DNA of 64,000 nucleotides, taken from NCBI GenBank assembly GCA_047495785.1, contig JBLDXI010000013.1:372001-436000 (forward strand). Direction: 5' to 3'. Source of the DNA: Lepidodermella squamata (Eukaryota > Animalia > Gastrotricha). Of this stretch, positions 25,146-37,352 are shown one piece after another. The position numbers and the translations under genes are program-made. The notes under the pieces are model-generated. The model did no database searches. It had not been told where the DNA came from and saw nothing but the letters and a program-made list of their open reading frames with translations. Each line of letters begins with the position of its first letter. Positions within the stretch are counted from its first letter, which is position 1.

Positions 25146-26421
25146 TTAAATTACAGGCGGCTGCTCTGAGTTTTTGAGCTGCATATCTCGCATGCTAAGA
25201 AACGCTCGACACAGCGCGGCGGCGTCAACTTCGCTCAACGGTTGATCGAGTTGAATTTGCTTCTCAGGCAGCTTTTGCTCGAGTTCGATTACAGCAGCTT
25301 TCGATTGAACCTTCATCTTGCCTGCTGATTTACTGCTTTGATGAGCCGACTTTTCGACCGGCGATGCATTTTTCGCGTAAATCGGGGCCGCATTATGGGT
25401 AAGAAGGCGGCGGTACAAGCAAGCAGCATCGAGAAATGGGAGATTGTTAAGAAGCTGAAGGTTCAGAGCAGCTTCACGGCCACTCACCAAACCAGCTGGT
25501 CTAAACAGAAAAATATATAAAAATTGATTTTTTAGACGTTTAATTTCTAGCTTTTACCCCATAGACAGAGCTTTCATAACCACATCGTCCTGTTCGTTAA
25601 AGTTGCGTCCATTCTTTTCGTTATTCTGCATTTGACTCTGGACAACAGCCATGCCACTGAGAGCAGGAGATGGCGCCTGGTCGTTGCCGGCATCAACTTT
25701 TCGCCGCTTGCTGCTCGACGACGGCCGCTTCTCCGAAACAGCAGGCGACGCGATGCGAATGCTAGGCGGCCGAACCTGCAGCATGCCACTGCTGTCCGGG
25801 CTGCTCGCGGCGCAACACCCACTGTCGCCACTTGCCGCGTCTTCGATTGAAGATCGCGAGTGCTCCTCAGAATCGCCCTTCAGTAGCAGCAAATTTCCAC
25901 TTGTAATCGTTTGAAACAGCTCTTTCTCCGGATGCTTGCAACTGGCTCGCTCTCTCTTTCGCCATTTCGATCGCCGATTCTGGAACCATCTATCAACAGT
26001 CGCGAATTAAACTAAAACGAAGCAATTTACGCGATAAAACTAACATTTGAATTTTCTCCTCCGAAATCGACGTTTTAAGTGACAGTTGCTCGCGCGTGAA
26101 GACATCAGGATAATGCGTCTGGCGAAAAATTTTCTCCATTTCCGAGATTTGGTCCGAGCTGAACGTAGTCCTCGGTCGGCGTCGTTTAACTTGGTCTCCT
26201 GAAGAGCTGGCGGGGTTGACAGATTGAGGGCTCGGTGGCTGCGAAGCGTCCTTCTCAACCACGGCCAGTTTAATGCTGTCTAAATTCTCGGTTTTCGCCT
26301 CGCCGCTAAAATCGGCGGAAGATCGGCGTCGCTTCTCGTCGATTCGCAGGTCAATGATTGCATCTTCCTCGCAATCGCCGTCGACGTCGACGATGATACT
26401 TGTCTCGTCGTCGTAACTCAT
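25146..26421 (-). CDS. PRD-class Q50 homeodomain transcription factor (Arx/Drgx/Hbn-like, divergent); exons 26421-26045, 25989-25558, 25500-25146
   Basis: Spliced homeodomain [60 protein letters not shown]. No paired domain or clear OAR motif seen. Confidence 0.92.
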
Positions 26422-27690
26422 GGTAGCTAAAATAGTGGCGTTGCTAAAAAAATTCACAGCTAAGGAAATGAGGGCGAATGACGAAAAATGGTCTGGTTTG
26501 GCCCGGCTCAATTCAGCTGTTGACACTGGGTAATAATAAAGCGATGAATTGCAATTTGTTTTAATAACAACGCCATTATAGTATTCATCGGTAGTACAAG
26601 ACGCCAACTTTAACGAGCTTGAGTTAAGTTTAGCGAATATACAGGAACTGGGCGCTCAAACAATAACACTAAATTTCGTGATAATATAGCTAAACTTTGA
26701 TTACACCCACTGTCAAGCATGCAGAAAGCAAACAAACTGCGGAGCCACTGCTTTGAGTAATATAATTATTTGGTATTGCGATAAAAGAAGCGCTCCGTGG
26801 TTTCCTGTTGAATAGCAAAATATACGCGCCGAATCAAAGTTTAATCTCTTGTGTAGCCAGAGAGACAACACTCGTGCATGCCGCTGTGGCCGCAAAACGC
26901 CGGCAGGTGGGTGCGAAAGAGACTCGGATACTAATTGGCGACCAATCATCACCACGCCCAGCAACATGGGCACAACAATAACAGCAAAATATTACAAGAA
27001 GCGCGGCCAAACAAGATCTACAAAGGTAGTCGTAATAATAATTGCAATAAGTAAAGTAAGCAAACAAACTGCGAAACGGTTTATTACCCTACCTGCTATA
27101 ATATTCTACAGCTAGCAGGCAAGGGTAGTGTTTTATTGAATTTTACACATTATTACCCGTCGATTGTCGCTCTTTTGATGGCGGCAAATCGCAAAATTGG
27201 CAACAAATTCCTTTGGTTCCCTAAGAACAATAGGCCCCGCAATGGGTGCGCCAACAAATTAGCAGCGCGCAAGCGGCGTCTTAAAATATTTTTAGTCGAT
27301 GATTAATATCAAGTCGATGCCGATTTAGCCTGCACTGCTAAGCCTATTACCTATAGTATTGAATATTAATGAGACGAATTCGCTGCATAAGAGCACCCCT
27401 GGCAATGCAACCAACTTTAATTGAAATTATAATCCATTATTATGTTATCATAGCGCACCAAGCACAAATATTCAACGCCAAGCTATCAAATTTTGACCTG
27501 CATCATTAAAATGTTACTTCAAATTCATATCTCCACCGAGAAAATACTTCAAGGATTAGTCCAGCAGTTGAAAGAAAAACCAAATGTGCACAAATACATT
27601 GCATCTTTATTCTCTACTCTTTTGTAACGAAAATTTTTGGCAACAAATATCTCACAAAAAAAACTAAAAAAATATCCATCATCTCAAACC

Positions 27691-28510
27691 TCAACCAATC
27701 ATGAGCCTTTTTCTGCCGCGATGACGAACTTCGTCAAGTTTTGAAATAACGTCTCTAGCGTGCGTCGCATCAGCACTTTCATAGCCAGTCATTACCGCGC
27801 CATAGAACAACTCGTCCATTGAATCCGGATGAGTGCTTAGCAGCGCCCGCTCGAGAACATACAAGTCTACGGCTTTATCCTCCGCTTTGTCGCTAATGAA
27901 AGATAAACCGAAGTCTATTGTGACTAGTTGAGACTGAGAGAAATTTGATGCATCGCTGGCTGATGAGGTGCGAACAACGAAATTAGAAGTCGTAAGATCT
28001 CCATGCATCAATCCTCCGATGTGCAGCCGAGCGACATACACTCCCAGAGTTTTCATTATGACATTTAGGTAACCTGAACACAAATGTTTCAGCTGAATGA
28101 TTTTTATCGCATTTGCTGCCTAAAATAACTCACCTTTGTGCTCTGGTTTGTTGATGAGTGAAACTAACAAGTCCTTCAAAACGACTCCATCGATTTTCTC
28201 CATGTAAAGCGTGAAGTTTTTCATATCCAACAAATACAGAGCAGGTACCGTTACCTCTGTTCAACAATAGCAGAAACGAACGATTTCATTTAAAACAAAG
28301 AAATGAATAAAAACGAGACAAACCTAGCTGAGCGGCACGAAGCAAGGCCCGAGCCTCTGCCTTGGTTCGTTGAGTTCTAAGTAAGATGTCCATGCTAGCA
28401 TGGCGATAGTGCTTGGCAAAGCGCTCCTTCACGATACATTGTCGGTCCATCATTTTCATGTTAAACAACCTGGCTTCGGCGCCCTGGTATACGAGCTCCA
28501 TTTTCGACAT
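27691..28510 (-). CDS. TP53RK: EKC/KEOPS complex kinase TP53RK/PRPK (Bud32), 3 exons
   Basis: QGAEA, KERF.K.YRH, EARAL, HGDLTTSN, IDFGLS, EDKAVDLYVLERALLSTHP and C-terminal RGRKRLMIG. Confidence 0.96.
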
Positions 28511-30221
28511 CGCGAGATGGCACAGAAATATGATACAAGCGAAAAAGTCTAAGGAGAAACAAATTCGCATCATGAATGGATGAATTGAGCCCAGTTGAAG
28601 ATTTCTCATATTTGAGCATAAAGCTGATGTTTGAAAATTGAATCGCAGCGGGGCGATGTGTTACAAGGTCCTCAAATTGTCGCGTACAAAGATGAATTTG
28701 GCGAGTAAACAAAAATATGTTAAATATATAAAGACTCAACCAACCCAAAGAACTCTATAGCGCAACTAGATAACTTTTCCGATTCTTATTTGCATTGCGC
28801 AGAAGCTCATGTTAAAGGTAAAAGCCAAAAAAGAGTGCTGGAAAGGCGATGATCAATATTCATATTCACGGATGTAACCGCAGCGGGAGCTAAAGGAGTG
28901 CCAGCATAGCTCGCCGTATGCCCAACTGTCGGTGGCTCGGGGACGAGATCATCCTCCTTTTACGCTCAGTGCTCAGTGGGCTCTTCGACTCTTTAAACTG
29001 ATTGAACAACATCAACCATCATAAAAAGAGTTCAGCTATTGAATGCCACTAATAGAACTGGTTTGTTTTCAACGTACTCTTCTCTTGGCCGTTCCAAACT
29101 ATCATGGCAGAATTCAAAACGCTGATGCATAACATATTAATTGATGTAGGAATTGTGCCAAAGGGAGGCGTAAAATCACCTAAATAGCAAGTCTTTCATG
29201 GAGCCATGAAAGCTCCTGGTACTACATCAACTCGCTTTGCTCTAGACTAGGCTTTGCTGATATTGCCACAGCCTTTAATCTTTATTATAATAAAACAACG
29301 TTTCATGCAAAGGCAACGCTTACCAGACCCAAGTCGCAAACCACCTTACCTCTCATCCTTACCTCTCAGTTTTTACTCCTGACCAAGCTAACACAATCAA
29401 GAAGCCGACTCACAGTAAAGAGCCTCAACCCTGCAAGAAGTACCGAGGCAATCATGAGCCTCAAACGGAAAACTGGCAGATTTAACCCCGAAAACCGAAA
29501 ACAGGTCGTGAGCCAAAGATATCGCGCGTCACGTGCATATCGGCATATTTTTGGCGCGTAAAAGTCCTCGGTCAAGGTGAAAAAGTCGCTTCAATTTTTT
29601 CTATAATTTAGCGCCAAAAAAAAATGTGCTATACAATTGTTTTTATTAGCCCATAACAAAATGACGCGCTGTTGCATCTATATTTTAATGGAATAAAAAA
29701 ATGGCCTCGGCCATCGCGAAGTCATCGCGAAAAATCGTTAGGTCGCCAGCTCTTTCTGTGCCACTCAAACCATGATCAATGATTTTTAAAATTGCTGCCT
29801 ATATGTCCTTTACTTGAGGCAATCATTTAAGCGCGGAAAATTTGCGCAATCTGCAAGCAAACAGCAAACTGAAACAGCCAATTAAACCGTAACGATTTTC
29901 GCCAAAATCGCAAACGCCACCTCTTTCGATAAAAAACATACGAAACTTTGACGGTTGATGCATTGAATTGATGGCGAATAATTTGGGATATTGGTATATT
30001 GGCATATTCGATGCACGCGTGAGGCACCTGAAACATGGTGGAGAGCCGAATTTCTTATGGCATTGGCCGTTGAGACCTGAAAATGCTTGCCTGCTTTGTC
30101 GTATTCATCTGAGAAATTTAACTTCATGATCTATGTGTGTGGTATTTTCTGAAATATAACCTCAGAAGTTCATACCAAGTTACCCACCCAAGAGCCACCC
30201 AAATTGGTTCGAATTACGCGT

Positions 30222-30263
30222 AGTCCGGTTTAGAGCGGTCCGGGTTATACAACTTTCACTGTA
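30222..30263 (-). mobile_element. Possible terminal inverted repeat of a pogo/Tc1-mariner-type MITE
   Basis: Minus strand reads TA|CAGTGAAAGTTGTATAACCCGGACCGCTCTAAACCGGAC: a TA target site, a CAGT terminus and a repeated CCGGAC submotif. No partner repeat was found by eye. Confidence 0.3.
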
Positions 30264-30426
30264 TTCACATTGAAGTTCGTAATCACAATACATAACACCT
30301 ACGGCTATAATTCCATGCCCAGATTAAAATTCCACAAAATCTCAGATTGGCAACAAATATTTTATTTTCTTATTGAGCAAATAATGTAAAAAGTAATTTG
30401 AGACAACAGTTGATGCTCATTCCCCG

Positions 30427-31570
30427 TCAAGTCTTCCACGAAGCTCGCACCGTTTGCCCCTCGGCTAAGGGCATGACTGATCTGCAATTCTCTCGCATAT
30501 AAATGGCATTGAAGCCGTTTACTTCAGCAGGTGCCTCTCGATAGAGATTTCTCAGGATGCCCAGCTGATGCGATGAAATATCTATAGGGTTAGCAATGAT
30601 TATCCAGCGAGCATCGCTAAGTTGCCTTTCCTCCGTGGTTGCATTTATTGTACCTTTGTAGGTCCAGTACCGATCACTATCCATTGGTAGCAATCGAGCT
30701 ACGTCGACATTATCGGATAAAATTATCCGCTCACCAGGTATTTTGATGTAGTCAAAATTGTCTAGAATTTTTTGCAGTTCTCTATTCTGTTGACCGAGTT
30801 TGAGAAATATCGCAACTGCCGCAAGGCCATCCGGTTGGCGAAGCGCCTCCGAAAAAGTGATATAATCTTTATTGTAGTGGAGTAATTGTATCTAAACATA
30901 AGAGATTATTTGCTGATGGAGATTCAAATGATAGTCGCTTACCTCGCCGGCAAAATGAAAACTTCTTACTGTGTGTTCAGAACTCCATTTGAAAAATATT
31001 TTCGAGAGGGCGAACGTGTTAGATAGTGGGCCGAAACTAATGGCTGTGCAAATAAAACAATCGTCAGAAAAATTCTTTATATAGGCGAAATAACTAACTG
31101 TTTTCGGCAAGATCATCTGGCAATTCGCCGTAAACATTTTGACCATCATTGCTGATAAGCAAATTTTCAACCGCATGGTCATACTTAATTTCAAAAGCCG
31201 GATATATGGGGCCGTCGAAGATAACCCAGGGCTGCCTGTCATCAATATCGATTGGTGACGGTTTCAGCTCGCGCAATGCTTCCGTTTCTTCGATCGATGA
31301 ATCGTGGCGTGTTTCCCTTAGGTCGATTGCGTTGATGATGATCGATTGGTGTGGAGAATTTTCACCAGATTTCAGCTCGCCGTTAGATGGCATATCGCTT
31401 TGTATAGCATGAGACGCCGAGCGCGTCACGTGCGACTCTTGCTTATGGCCCGACACGGGGGTCAAGTCGTAGTAATCAACAACCATGACAAGCCACAAAA
31501 ATGATGCCAAAAATATACACACAAATAGATGAAACCTGACGCCTAAGCGCTTCGACAGGCGGCTTTTCAT
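30427..31570 (-). CDS. Type II membrane-anchored, acatalytic carbonic anhydrase-related protein, 3 exons
   Basis: N-terminal TM FHLFVCIFLASFLWLVMVV, a stem region, then PSPIDID, GPL, SEHT and PDGLAAVAIFLK. Zinc motifs read FFK and EIQLLH, so all three His are lost. GSLTTPP is replaced by GTINATT. Confidence 0.88.
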
Positions 31571-32588
31571 TCGACGATCTACAAGCCAATAAATGAACTG
31601 TAGAAGTTTTATAAAGGTGGCGAAAAGACCTGAGGTTTTGGAAGGAGGAGGAATTGCGAGAATGAATGGCTAAGTTTTCCAAAACGAAATAATAAATCAA
31701 TCAAATAACCGATATATATATAAGGCAAATTTCTGCATTTTAGAGCAATCCTTTCGAATGAAAGCGTAATCATCCGCTGAGGATCAGGTAGCCGCAAGAT
31801 TTATTCGTATAAATATGAATTATAATGACTTTCGTATAATTATTTATAAACAGCCGAGCTGCTTCGTATCGATTCTCCTCAACGATGAATCTCGCGGCTA
31901 CGCTTCACAACTTATTTTTTCTGCCCTTATCTCGCCTGGTCACTTTCGACGTTATTGTTTACTTGCACGTGTGTCATTTTACAAAATAATCCTCTCAATT
32001 CAATCATTTTTTGCTTTTATATCATTCATCATCTTTTCAAAGTATTTTTCCTTCTTCGTAGTGATCAGAAATCTTTGAACATCCATAAAATCGCGACTAA
32101 TTTTTGAATGTATCGAGGATACCTTCGCAGAATTTCTTCCACCTTTCACTATATTCGTCTTAGTGCTTACTGCGATTGGGACCAAGTCTGATAAATAATG
32201 TGGACCACGTTGTAATATGTTCAATCAGATAGTTATACCAGATTCTGGAATGATCCAGGGGCTTCTGAAATCTCCACCATGGTCCTTTTCGAGGTTTAAT
32301 CTGGCCGCTGCTGTATACGCACTACGTTGCAAATTTTTGCCGCACACACGCCTTATATTACATCGCGTGCGCTGGCAACAAACTCGCCGCTGTAAACTAA
32401 TAAACGTTTTTTATCAACCCCTCGATGTAATAAATGAAATATACGCACACATCGCATCGTGCTGCCTTCAGTATGAGTGCATATTTTATTCCCCATTCAT
32501 TCTGTTGTATGCAATATAGTATAATCCAGTCTACACCGCAATTCTATGCCACAGTTAAATATTTCTTATTTTAGGATATTTTACTGTG

Positions 32589-33846
32589 ATGAAACATTTG
32601 TGCTCATCGTGCTTTTCCTGGGCGGAACTTGCTGCCCTGCGAGCTTACCAAACGGCTAAAGCTCGTGGTATCCCGGTAAAGCCAAATAACGCTCTCTCCT
32701 GGAAATCGTCATCGTCCAGCACCAAGGCGCCGCAACCAGCGCCCTTCCAGTGGGGTTATGACCCTAAGAAAAATGGTGGTTTTTGAAGTAATTATCTGAC
32801 GAGTCTCGTCCCAACGATTTGTTTTTATTACAACACTGCAACACTGTAGGACCGGCGTTGTGGCCCAAGTATTTTCCAGACGGTAACGGCAAATCGCAGT
32901 CGCCGATCGACATCGTCACGACGAGCAAGCAGATAACCTATGACTCTTCGCTCAAAGTTAATCAACTGAAGTTCGACTACGACCCAGCGCCGAACAAGCG
33001 GTTGCGACAGCTCCTCAACAATCAATATACTTTCCAGCTTAATTTTGACGAATCTATTCGCAACAGTAAATTTACTACTTAAATCAATTAATTGCCTATA
33101 AGTTTATTTCGTTATTTTTCAGAAATTTTCGGTGGACCTCTTAAAGCGGTAAAAATCATTTAAAGGTTAATATGATTTGTGAGAATAAATTCTCAATTTG
33201 CGAACAGCCGTACCACTTGGCCCAAATGCACGTACACTGGGGTGTTACCGATGACTTGGGTTCGGAGCACGCAATAAACAGCAAAAAATACTGCGCTGAG
33301 GTTAATTTTTAATACTGAATTAAAATCTCAGGCTTGAATCCAATATTCGATTTTACAGCTTCATATGGTTCACTACAACAAGGACAAGTACGGCTCGGTA
33401 TTCGAGGCCATCAGCCACCCTGATGGCTTGGCTGTTATTGGTGTTTTCTTGAAGCTCGGCGAGCGCCACAGCGAGTTTCAGAAAATTGTCGATCATTTTC
33501 CGCAAATTTTGGTTCCCAGCCAAGCAGTCGAGTTCAATGAACGTCTCAATCCACGAGATCTGATGCCACAGGATGTTTCTGAATACGTGACGTACCAAGG
33601 AGGCCTTACTGCCCCTCCTCTAACAGGTATACATTGATATCATAATAGTCAAGTTATAGTCCCTGACGTCTGGAATCTTTGTGTTTAGAGAGTGTCACTT
33701 GGATTATTTTCCCGAAACCGATTGAAATAAGCTTCTGGCAGCTGAAGGCTTTCCGTCGCTTGCATCAGGAAAACTGGCGACCTGTCCAGCCCTTGAATGA
33801 CCGAGTGATCAGAGCTACCTTCGACCCGGCGTCGTCAAAACATTAA
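32589..33846 (+). CDS. Alpha-carbonic anhydrase with intact zinc ligands, 6 exons including a 26-nt microexon (33123-33148)
   Basis: QWGY..NG|PALW, QSPIDI, QMHVHWG, GSEH, AE|[16 protein letters not shown]|ESVTW and [14 protein letters not shown]. The proton-shuttle His64-equivalent is Tyr (NNQY). Confidence 0.93.
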
Positions 33847-34657
33847 ACACAATAATGCAGCCGGTGCATATAGACCTGAAGCCGTTAAACTTGTTCTGAT
33901 GACGCATATTTAGCGTTGATAGTTCTAAGCTAATTCTCAACTTTTCTCGAATGGACGCTTGGTCAGGAATACATAGTAAAATGTAAACGGGCAGAAATAA
34001 TTGATGATTGATTGTTTCCCTTGGGATGACCATGTGCCGATTGATTCCATGCGTAACATGTTTTATTTGCAATTAACATCATTACAGCACATTTTTCTCA
34101 GAAAACGGCTATTCATATGAATAATTCCGAACAAAAGTTGACGCCACCGTTGAGGGAGAGCGAGCAGATTTGCGCCACTCATCAGGAGTTGCAGCTAATA
34201 ACACTCGAATATATTTATACCAAAATAATGACTAAGATTTGCCTGTTATTTCAACAATAATCACTAACAAAGAATTATATCGAAATTTGTATAGCCGCAA
34301 AGCACAGGCACGTCTGATGCAGATCGAGTCATACCTTAATCGCACAACACAAAATACGTATAGTGTAATTCTACAGAGAAACAACTAAAAAGGAGCGAAG
34401 GCAGAAAGGCACAATAGCATCATGTTGGCGCAGATAAATTTCCACTAAAACCAAAACTTGGCCACTTCAAGGTATACGAATGTTGACGATTTAGAAAAAA
34501 TAGACATTAAGAAGTGCATCCAAGAGAGTCGGACAAAGAATTCTAGAAATAGTACGTCGTTTCAAGATGCATCATTAATATATTTTCCTCAAATGACATT
34601 CATTGTATAGATATTCCGCAAAGCGCATGTCACTTCTTGATATGAAGGCGGGTGTTT

Positions 34658-35771
34658 TCAACGGAATGACGCACGAATGATGCGGTCGTTGATGGGCATC
34701 GTTGGCCTGAAGTTGGTTTCTATCTTCGAATTAGCATGTCGGTCGGTGGGCGACTTGCCGTGACTGAGCTGCCGGAATGCGTCCAACTGGTCAGCCGAAA
34801 CTTCCAACGGATGGTCAAGGACGATCCAAGTAACGCACTCCAATAGCGGCGGAGTTGTCAAAGAACCTGTGAAAAATGCTTGTAAACTCAGTTGTTCACT
34901 TGAATCTACTGCATCTCACCGGGATAAGTGTAGTACCGCTCGGTATTGCTGGGCAATAGTCCGCGAACGTCAACAGGATTTGCCGCCATCACAACAGCTT
35001 GATCAGCGTAGGTGATACGGTTGAAGTCATCAATCAGCTTCTGTAAAGCCGGGTTGCGTTGTCCGATCTTTGAAAGAGAAAATACGCATTCAAAACATGT
35101 AAGCCAAGTCACAAGTAGCAAACCGCTTACCTTGAAGAAAATGCCAACAACAGCCAAGCCATCCGGGTTCTGCACAGCATCGGCAACAGTTGCATACTTG
35201 TCAGCGTTAAAATGCACCAAGTGTAACTGTTAAATAACGGAAATGTATTATCAAATTGAACTCAATAATCAGAGACTCACTTCAGCAGGAAAAGCACGTC
35301 CATTAAGCTGTAAATATAATGTGATTTAATATAATTTTTCTCGAGAATCATGCCAAACTTTACAGTATGTTCAGATCCGCGATCATTTTTTGACGACCAG
35401 TGAGCGTGCAGCTGCACGAGGTGGTAAGTGTCCGGCAAAGGTCCGCCACTCAGGGCTAAAATGAATCATTTTAATAATTTAAGCAAAGAGACTTCTGGGG
35501 CTAGGAACTCACTGTTGCTGGCCTCCTCATTGAAGTCGACCTGGAAACTGTGGCCAGTGTTTTTCAGCGCCTTAGCCGAGAAAGGATCGTAGTTCATCTT
35601 CAGCGGCGTCAAGGTGCCGTCGTAGCGAACGTAAGCAGCGCTCGTGTCAATGTCAACCGGGCTCTGGTGAGCGCCAAGGCCCGATGGGTAGTGCTTCGAC
35701 CACGTGTGCGGTCCGTTGTCGCTGCCGTAACCCCACTTGGGAATCTCGTCGTGATCAGGTTGCGATGCCAT
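34658..35771 (-). CDS. Cytosolic alpha-carbonic anhydrase (CA II-like) with canonical active site, 6 coding exons including a 27-nt microexon (35307-35281)
   Basis: [62 protein letters not shown] and [17 protein letters not shown]. Confidence 0.96.
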
Positions 35772-36821
35772 TCTTACGCCGCTGGTGTATTGGTGATTAG
35801 ACTCAGATCTGCATTTAAAATAAAACCCATTCGTTAATTACCCATTTTCAAAAAGGCTTCGTAAGAAAATAAGGCTTTTAACAGATTGATTTTCATTATG
35901 CTGATCAAATGAAAATCAATCGTATAAGAAATAAGCAAGATTTACGGCAAGTCGGCCCGCTTCGCTAGGCAGCAGCCCATCATTATCTCAGCCTCGCGTT
36001 AAATTTGCGACAACTCAACGGTAACTCAACAGCAGCATTTCTTGGCGTTTCTCAAGACCTTGTTCGCCCTGTCTACAGCGCAAATCCATATTATACCAGC
36101 ATATTGAATATTGGGTTTGTTACGGCAGAGGTGATAGTCAAATAATGCGTATTAATCGCGAAATTGATTTAATGGCGCAATTCGACATTAATAATTTAGC
36201 GAGCAAATATCCGCTATTTCAGCTTTTTTAGCAGTTTGGAAAAAAACTATACCAGAGATCACAGCCATTTAAAACTGATTTTTGAGTTTTATTTGGGCTT
36301 GAAACTAACGTAACTTTGGCGAGCGAAGCTTTGTTCTTTTCAGCTATGCGGAGAAATAACGCAAGAAGGATATAAGAAGACTGGATCGAGGGCAACCTTC
36401 AAAAGCAAAGACAGCGTTCTGCGAGAAGGATTTTTTTGAGACAATTTGAATGCACTTGGTCAATGTCTTTGACGTCGCACTTATTGCACTTATTGAAACC
36501 GCAGATCTGTATATTCATGTCTTGTGGCTTTCACTTATCAAAGACAAAGTTCTTCGACATGGTGGCCCAAATTGGCCAGTAATAATGGGCTTTTTACGTC
36601 TAATTGCGAGCTGATCATTTTTTAATTAAAGATACGCTGCTAATGCGGCTAGCCAATATATTGCAATCTCAGAGGTGTTCTTTGCCCAAGAGTTGAGAAA
36701 AAAACAATAATTTTTCTCGGCGGCGCATATAACGAACAGAAGTTTGGCGATTTCCGTGAGCAAATAAAAATCCGAACTGCCATGCGTGCTGTGCAAATAA
36801 TAAAATGCTTCACTAACTAAC

Positions 36822-36884
36822 TTGTCGGCATTGGTGTGGTGAGGATGGTGGTGAAAAAAACGGTCTAGCCGTCACCTTTTTATA
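36822..36884 (-). promoter_or_regulatory. Putative TATA box and short first exon of the cytosolic CA gene
   Basis: TATAAAAA on the minus strand near 36876-36883, followed by a GTTAGT donor at 36821 that can pair with the acceptor at 35809-35810. Confidence 0.45.
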
Positions 36885-37352
36885 CATCACATGCGCTAGC
36901 CAGCAGGTTCTGGCCCGGCGCATGATAATGTTACGACCACCGTTTTCATTAGGGCGTACAGTTTTTGCACACCGATCCAAGTGCGCTGGCTTCGCATGAG
37001 CAAGCTAAAATTCGTGGTTTCACTTCCAGAATAATAAAAACACCAGAATAACCTCAAATGCGGAGACGCGGGAAAACCGGAGTTGCGTTGTCACTCGTGA
37101 AACAGAAAAAAATGAGCCAGTATGGGAACCGCACTACAAGCGTTTTTTGCCCAGTGGTCGTGTATCCTTTTCAAGCGAGTAAGTATATTATCGATTTGAT
37201 AGCAAAGCCCGCCTCTTATATAAATATTACCCTCACCTCGCTTATCGTATTTTGTGGTAGTATAAAAGACACGTGTAATAACAATTTCGCGGCATCGCAC
37301 AGAAAACGGTTTCTAGTAAAAAAAGTTATCATTCCACGCCACTTTTTTTTAC

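Noticed and set aside
26422-26607. N-terminal extension of the homeobox ORF in the track
   Set aside because: Non-ATG start; the first ATG in good context is at 26421.
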